Source of the DNA: Myxococcales bacterium
Lineage (GTDB): Bacteria > Myxococcota_A > Polyangia > Polyangiales > Ga0077539
Length of the DNA: 64,000 bases
Assembly: GCA_016792845.1 (NCBI GenBank)
Contig: JAEUKH010000018.1
Span: forward strand, 138,984-202,983
Direction of reading: 5' to 3'
Of the stretch, positions 61,321 to 64,000 are shown piece by piece (position 1 is the first letter of the stretch; every line of letters begins with the position of its first letter). The position numbers and the translations under genes were made by a program. The notes beneath the pieces were generated by a model, which was not told the origin of the DNA, made no database searches, and was given only the letters and a program-made list of their open reading frames with translations.

Positions 61321-61336
61321 ACGGGCCTGAGCGCGC

Positions 61337-61906
61337 CTACGGCGTGGGCGCCTCGGCGGCGGGCTTGGGCTTCACGATACCGGGTTTGGGCGCGAGAAGC
61401 ATGGTCATAGCCTTGCCCTCCATCGAGGGGTGCTGCTCAATGACCACGAGCCCCTCAAGCGCCTGGATGATCTCGTCGAGGACTTCGCGCCCCTTCTCGG
61501 GGTGCGTGATCTCGCGGCCGCGGAAGCGCACCGTGAGCTTGGCCTTGTTACCCTCTTCGAGGAAGCGCTTGATGTGCTTCACCTTGGTGTCGAGATCGTG
61601 CTCATCGGTCTTGGGGCGAACCTTGACCTCTTTGATCTCGACCACATTCTGCTTCTTGCGGGCCTCGTTCGCGCGCTTCTTCTCTTCGTACTTGAACTTG
61701 CCAAAGTCCATGATCTTGCAGACCGGCGGATCGGCCTTCGGATTGACTTCGACGAGATCCATCGATTCTTCTTGCGCGCGGCGGATGGCCTCTTGACTCG
61801 ACATGATCCCAAGCTGAGAGCCATCGCTCGCGATGACACGCACCTCGGGTACACGGATTCGGTAGTTTACCCGCACCTGGGGCGTACGCTGCTGGCCCCT
61901 GTCCAT
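61337..61906 (-). CDS. infC: Translation initiation factor IF-3
   Basis: IF-3 N- and C-domain conservation (VRVI...DLVEV..ADPPVCKIMDFGKFKYE...). ATG assumed at MDRGQQ; a non-canonical upstream start is possible. Confidence 0.85.
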   Translation of the reverse strand: MDRGQQRTPQVRVNYRIRVPEVRVIASDGSQLGIMSSQEAIRRAQEESMDLVEVNPKADPPVCKIMDFGKFKYEEKKRANEARKKQNVVEIKEVKVRPKTDEHDLDTKVKHIKRFLEEGNKAKLTVRFRGREITHPEKGREVLDEIIQALEGLVVIEQHPSMEGKAMTMLLAPKPGIVKPKPAAEAPTP

Positions 61907-62155
61907 CGGTCCCTTGATTGCTGTGCTCCTTGGATGGGGAGCCGCCCTGGCCCCCACAGTGTGTTGAACCGCTCTGGCACCGACACCAGGCCACAAAACG
62001 GCTCCGACGCGGAGAGTGAACGCCCAGAGGCACTCTCGTCAAGCGCAGCGCCCCGAAGAAGTGCAGCGCCCCATCGCCCGCGCGACGTTTTGAGAGACGA
62101 CCCCCCCAAAGCCGACACCCGCGAGACTCTTTCGAATCATCGCGGGTGTCTTTTG

Positions 62156-62227
62156 TAGGCGCGATAGGGTTTGAACCTACGACCCCCACCGTGTCAAGGT
62201 GGTGCTCTACCACTGAGCTACGCGCCT
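62156..62227 (-). tRNA. tRNA-Val (anticodon GAC)
   Basis: Manual cloverleaf fold: acceptor AGGCGCG/CGCGCCT, D-arm GCTC/GAGC, anticodon stem CCACC/GGTGG with loop TTGACAC, T-arm GTAGG-TTCAAAC-CCTAT. No encoded CCA. Confidence 0.8.
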
Positions 62228-62301
62228 GAGGGATGCGGTTTGTACGCCGACCCCGTCACCCCGTCAACCACTTTGTGTCGCGGGGTGAAACTTTTCTACG
62301 C

Positions 62302-63945
62302 TCACAGGTGAAAACCCACAAACCCCGTGACATCAATGTCAAAAAGGAAGGTGGGGAACATGAACTGCAACGCCACCTCGCCCCCGACGTGGAAGCCGTT
62401 GCGCATGCCGTACTCGACCCGGCCGCCCACGTTGGCGTTGCCGAAGCCCGAGAGCACGTGGGCCCCGGGCCGCGTGACGTTCGGCGGGAGCGCGGGCTTG
62501 GGCTCGATCTGCCCGACGCCGCCGCCCACGAAGACCGACGCGGTAACCCCGGTGGGGCTCCAACCGTCGGGCGTCACGGCGTAGTAGAGCCGCCCCGAGA
62601 GGAGCAGGTTGGCGAAGGGGTTCGAGCGCGTCGCGCCGCCCGGCATGGTGGGTTCGATGGTCCACCCGGCGGAGTCGAACTGGAAGCGCACCCCGACGCC
62701 GACCCCGATGCGGCGGTTGATGTTGTACCGCACCGCCCCGGCGAGGTAGCCCGTGGGCGCGAAGCCCGGTTCGATGCTCTCGTAACAGACGTAATTGCCG
62801 CAGGTGGTGCCCCGGCGCACGCCCATGCTGTCGACCAGCACCCGCTGCTGCGCATAGGCCGGGCGGCCCGAGAGAAAGGCCAGCCCGAGCCCGCCGCCGA
62901 TGTCGATGGTGAAGCGTGAGAACCGCGACGTGTTCGAGGGCCCCGAGGGCTCGGTCGAGCCGCCGCTCCCTTCGGCGCAGGCCCCGGCGTCGCAATAGAG
63001 CCCCTCGCCGCACTCGTTGTTGGCCGAGCAGACGTCGCCGAGGCCGCGGCTCCCGTGGGCCCCGCGACAGCTCGGGCCGCTCATGCCCGGCGGGCACTCT
63101 TCGCCGCAGGTAGCGGGCGGCGCGCGGTTCGGCAGCGAGGGCGCGGCGTGCTGCCGGGTCGTCACGATCGGGATGTGCACCGGCGAGGCGTCGCTGCCGA
63201 CCCCAGCGACGACGCTCCCGCCCGAGTCTTGCGCTTGAACGTAGTAATCGATGCTCCCCTGGATGATCTCGCCGCAGGGCAGTTCGATGCCGTACCCGCC
63301 GCCCATGGCCCGCATCTCAGAGCGCTGATACTGCGTGCGCCCGGTGCCCCGGAAGAACACATACACATGCTCGGCCGAGAGCTGCCCCGCCGGCATCACA
63401 TAGATCGGCAAGGGGGTGTTTTCGAGCTGCTCGGGCGCGGGGGTGTGCATGAGCTCGCTGCCCGCCGACGGGGGCGGCGGCCGGCTCACGTTGCCGGTGT
63501 TGCTCGAGCCGCTCGTGTTGCTGCTCGTGCTCGCGTTGCTGGCGCCGCCGTTGCTGCGCCCCGATTGCCCTTGGGCCTGACGAAAGGCCGCCGAAATCTC
63601 GCTTGTGACCAAGAGCGGGTCGGGCTCGGCGTTGCTGTCGGCCTGGAGCGCGCGGCCCATCGACGCGACGCCCGCCGCGGTGTCTTGCTGACCGCCCACC
63701 TGAACGATGCCGAGCGACATGTGCACCCGGGCCACCACCGCGGGCGAGCACGCGTTGTTTGCGCAGCCGCGAAGCGCGAGGTTGAGGCGCTCAAGGGCGC
63801 GATCAATCTCAAGGTTCTGGTAGTCTTCCATCGCCGTCTGGATCATCCCGCGGGTCTGGCGATCGCGGGGGGCCTGCTGGGCCGAAGCCGTCGAGGCCAT
63901 CGTGGTGAGTCCGGCAACAAGGATCGCAGCGCGTCGCAAACTCAT
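62302..63945 (-). CDS. Large exported Cys-rich hypothetical protein
   Basis: Signal peptide (start placed at MSLRRAAILVAGL). Ser/Asn-rich linker. Cys-rich central domain (CGEECPPGMSGPSC...). Confidence 0.45.
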   Translation of the reverse strand: MSLRRAAILVAGLTTMASTASAQQAPRDRQTRGMIQTAMEDYQNLEIDRALERLNLALRGCANNACSPAVVARVHMSLGIVQVGGQQDTAAGVASMGRALQADSNAEPDPLLVTSEISAAFRQAQGQSGRSNGGASNASTSSNTSGSSNTGNVSRPPPPSAGSELMHTPAPEQLENTPLPIYVMPAGQLSAEHVYVFFRGTGRTQYQRSEMRAMGGGYGIELPCGEIIQGSIDYYVQAQDSGGSVVAGVGSDASPVHIPIVTTRQHAAPSLPNRAPPATCGEECPPGMSGPSCRGAHGSRGLGDVCSANNECGEGLYCDAGACAEGSGGSTEPSGPSNTSRFSRFTIDIGGGLGLAFLSGRPAYAQQRVLVDSMGVRRGTTCGNYVCYESIEPGFAPTGYLAGAVRYNINRRIGVGVGVRFQFDSAGWTIEPTMPGGATRSNPFANLLLSGRLYYAVTPDGWSPTGVTASVFVGGGVGQIEPKPALPPNVTRPGAHVLSGFGNANVGGRVEYGMRNGFHVGGEVALQFMFPTFLFDIDVTGFVGFHL

Positions 63946-64000
63946 ATCCCGTTCAAAGCTCCCTGAGCGTGCCCTCGCAGAACATCGTAACATTGCGAGA

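Noticed and set aside
62156-62301. Integrase or genomic island anchored at the tRNA-Val gene
   Set aside because: No integrase, excisionase or direct repeat of the tRNA 3' end seen nearby. Flanking genes are infC and a chromosomal exported protein.

Overview
This 64 kb window is high-GC (~70% by eye) chromosomal DNA, most likely from a myxobacterium (Myxococcota). The evidence is a CdnL/CarD-family gene, two matrixin metalloproteases with Cys + hydrophobic + Arg-rich C-terminal tails (MYXO-CTERM-like), a CHASE-domain Ser/Thr kinase, and many exported lipoproteins. I call about 65 protein-coding genes and one tRNA-Val(GAC).

The coding content is mostly housekeeping:
- A ParA-like 3' gene fragment at the window start.
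- queG, a phosphomannomutase plus manC, the site-2 protease rseP, and a DnaQ-like exonuclease.
- A split molybdenum-cofactor cluster (moaC-moaE ... moaB ... moeA-moaD).
- cdnL, a cinA-thpR-recA unit with a candidate LexA box, mutT, htrA-like, ybeY, dnaK-grpE, nth and infC.
- An exported 5'-nucleotidase–lipoprotein–OMP operon.

The feature that none of these genes explains is a family of AT-rich perfect palindromes. GTTGAAC-N3-GTTCAAC occurs about 17 times. A looser GTTGAC-Nx-GTCAAC set adds about 9 more. Under the local base composition fewer than one such site is expected by chance. They occur as irregular tandem arrays in three intergenic regions: 7267-7555, 10774-11003, and 48446-48606 directly upstream of a TetR-family gene. 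They also occur as single copies embedded in frame inside at least eight otherwise unrelated genes, where they encode LNSVQ/LNTVQ or V-D-x-V-N-I. This resembles either a miniature in-frame-inserting palindromic element (RPE-like) or a chromosome-wide set of protein-binding address sites (matS / SlmA-SBS / Noc-NBS-like). I could not find a description of it from memory, so it is the main candidate for something new.

Other notable points:
- A P1B-type ATPase homologue in which every catalytic motif (DKTGT, TGES, TGDN, GDGIND, CPC) is degenerate.
- A CHASE Ser/Thr kinase broken by an in-frame stop and a frameshift.
- Two paralogous two-gene cassettes (secreted protein + matrixin).
- A direct repeat upstream of a KGG-repeat stress gene.

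Coordinates derived by hand may be off by 1-2 bp. One line near 3300 could not be reconciled with the ORF track to better than 1 bp.
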